DNA of 48,886 nt, from assembly GCA_043816125.1 (NCBI GenBank), contig JBDRIF010000045.1, positions 1 through 48,886 of the forward strand, given 5' to 3'. Origin of the DNA: a bacterium (lineage in GTDB: Bacteria; Margulisbacteria; WOR-1; O2-12-FULL-45-9). Positions 47,974-48,886 of the stretch are shown piece by piece. Both the position numbers and the translations under genes were made by a program. The notes beneath the pieces were generated by a model. The model made no database searches, was not told the origin of the DNA, and saw nothing but the letters and a program-made list of their open reading frames with translations. Position 1 is the first letter of the stretch; each line of letters opens with the position of its first letter.

Positions 47974-48886
47974 TCCTCACCCCCTCCCTCGCGTTGCTCG
48001 GGTGAGGTATTTGATATTCTTTTTTCTTCTCTTTGCCATTATTGTCTTCTCTTCTTTGTTTCAGCCGGCCAATCCTTTTGGGCAAAATCCTGTGCGAATA
48101 ATTGTGCCTAAAGGGGCGACAAGTTATTCGGTTGCCAGGATGCTTGAAGAAGAAGAGTTAGTCAAGGTAAACAGTAGTTTCACGTTTATGCTCAAGGTCC
48201 TCGGTTGGACCAGAAGTATTCAGGCTGGAGAATATGAAATAATTCCGGCAGATTCTCTTTTATCTATTCTCCTGAAATTTAAAAATGGTCGGGTCGTTGA
48301 GCCGAAGCAGATCGCCGTAACTTTTCCCGAAGGGTCCTCTATTTATAACATGGGAGAAATCTTAAGGGAACAGAGAATAGGGATTGGAGAACAGTTTAAA
48401 GGTCTGGTCGAGAGGGGGATTAAGGCCGATTTGAGAAACAGACATTGGGGGATATTTAAATATATCCCTTCAGAATCGCTGGAAGGGTATCTGTATCCGG
48501 ATACTTATTATTTGGGGCAAGAGGTTGGGTTGGAGCCGCTGGTAGAGTTAATGCTGCGAAGATTTGAGGATGTTGTTATCCCTTTTTGGGAGGGTGCGCA
48601 GAAAGATACTAAGTATAATCTTCATGAGATATTGACTCTCGCTTCGATCATTGAAAAAGAGGCGCAAAAGCCGGAGGAGAGAGCGATTATCTCTTCTGTT
48701 TATCACAATCGTTTAAAGATTAGAATGCATTTGGGGGCCGATCCTACGATCAAATATGCCTTGGAGCGTCCGACAAAAAAAGTTTATATCAATCAATTAA
48801 ATGTCGATTCACCTTACAATACTTATAAGCGTTACGGTTTGCCGCCAGGGCCGATATGTAATCCGGGGATTGAGTCGATTAGAGCT
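47960..48886 (+). CDS. mltG: endolytic murein transglycosylase MltG/YceG (3' end beyond window)
   Basis: Open to the right edge, so absent from the ORF track. My translation: MQRSNPHPLPRVARVRYLIFFFLLFAIIVFSS...VRIIVPKGATSYSVARMLEEEELV...IQAGEYEI...LEGYLYPDTYY...ILTLASIIEKEA...YNTYKRYGLPPGPICNPG, the YceG signature. In-frame GTG 48002 or TTG 48011, after the hairpin, are alternative starts. Confidence 0.85.
   Translation, partial: MQRSNPHPLPRVARVRYLIFFFLLFAIIVFSSLFQPANPFGQNPVRIIVPKGATSYSVARMLEEEELVKVNSSFTFMLKVLGWTRSIQAGEYEIIPADSLLSILLKFKNGRVVEPKQIAVTFPEGSSIYNMGEILREQRIGIGEQFKGLVERGIKADLRNRHWGIFKYIPSESLEGYLYPDTYYLGQEVGLEPLVELMLRRFEDVVIPFWEGAQKDTKYNLHEILTLASIIEKEAQKPEERAIISSVYHNRLKIRMHLGADPTIKYALERPTKKVYINQLNVDSPYNTYKRYGLPPGPICNPGIESIRA
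47975..48007. other. GC-rich hairpin (8-bp stem, 17-nt loop) immediately after the ruvX stop
   Basis: cctcaccc-cctccctcgcgttgctc-gggtgagg, followed by tatttgatattctttttt. Lies within the first 16 codons of the longest mltG reading frame. Confidence 0.5.

Noticed and set aside
1-48886. Mobile genetic element, prophage or defence island (integrase, transposase, tRNA attachment site, restriction, Cas, ATPase-nuclease pairs)
   Set aside because: I found no recombinase, transposase, tRNA gene, phage structural gene or recognisable defence enzyme on either strand. The accessory blocks are therefore reported as unexplained insertions, not as mobile elements.

Overview
Gene-dense chromosomal window (about 52 CDS, very short intergenic regions, many start/stop overlaps) from what looks like an uncultivated, moderately AT-rich diderm bacterium; I cannot place the lineage from the sequence alone. 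Core content: trxB (partial), LPS and ADP-heptose genes (LptC/OstA-like, hldE, gmhB, gmhA, LptD-like), asd, cysE, cysS, serS, alaS, trpG/pabA, femX-murE, hisG, panD, a complete rnfCDGEAB operon with rseC upstream, tlpA-ccdA, dnaB, tmk, ruvX and mltG (partial). I found no rRNA, tRNA, CRISPR array, transposase, integrase or reverse transcriptase. Things the housekeeping genes do not explain: (1) a tandem array of five near-identical ~91-aa modules spread over three overlapping ORFs, wedged between rseC and rnfC (33976-35453); (2) two tandem paralogous ~520-aa multi-HTH proteins (sigma region-4-like plus HARE-HTH-like) between asd and a methyltransferase (5786-8977); (3) a two-gene accessory block between cysS and serS, where an 80-bp direct repeat duplicating the serS promoter and first 14 codons flanks one gene (14894-18001); (4) a GC-rich hairpin repeat family present twice between gmhA and asd and once in frame inside rnfC; (5) recurrent TGnTATAAT extended -10 boxes only 4-10 nt from start codons with no Shine-Dalgarno, suggesting widespread leaderless or near-leaderless transcription, including a perfect 16-bp palindrome that serves two divergent genes; (6) an N-terminally truncated prs-like gene, a K+-channel homologue with a non-canonical filter, heptanucleotide repeat tracts inside cysS, and an OMP plus TPR-MBL hydrolase two-gene operon. 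All functional calls rest on motif recognition by eye. No database search was run.
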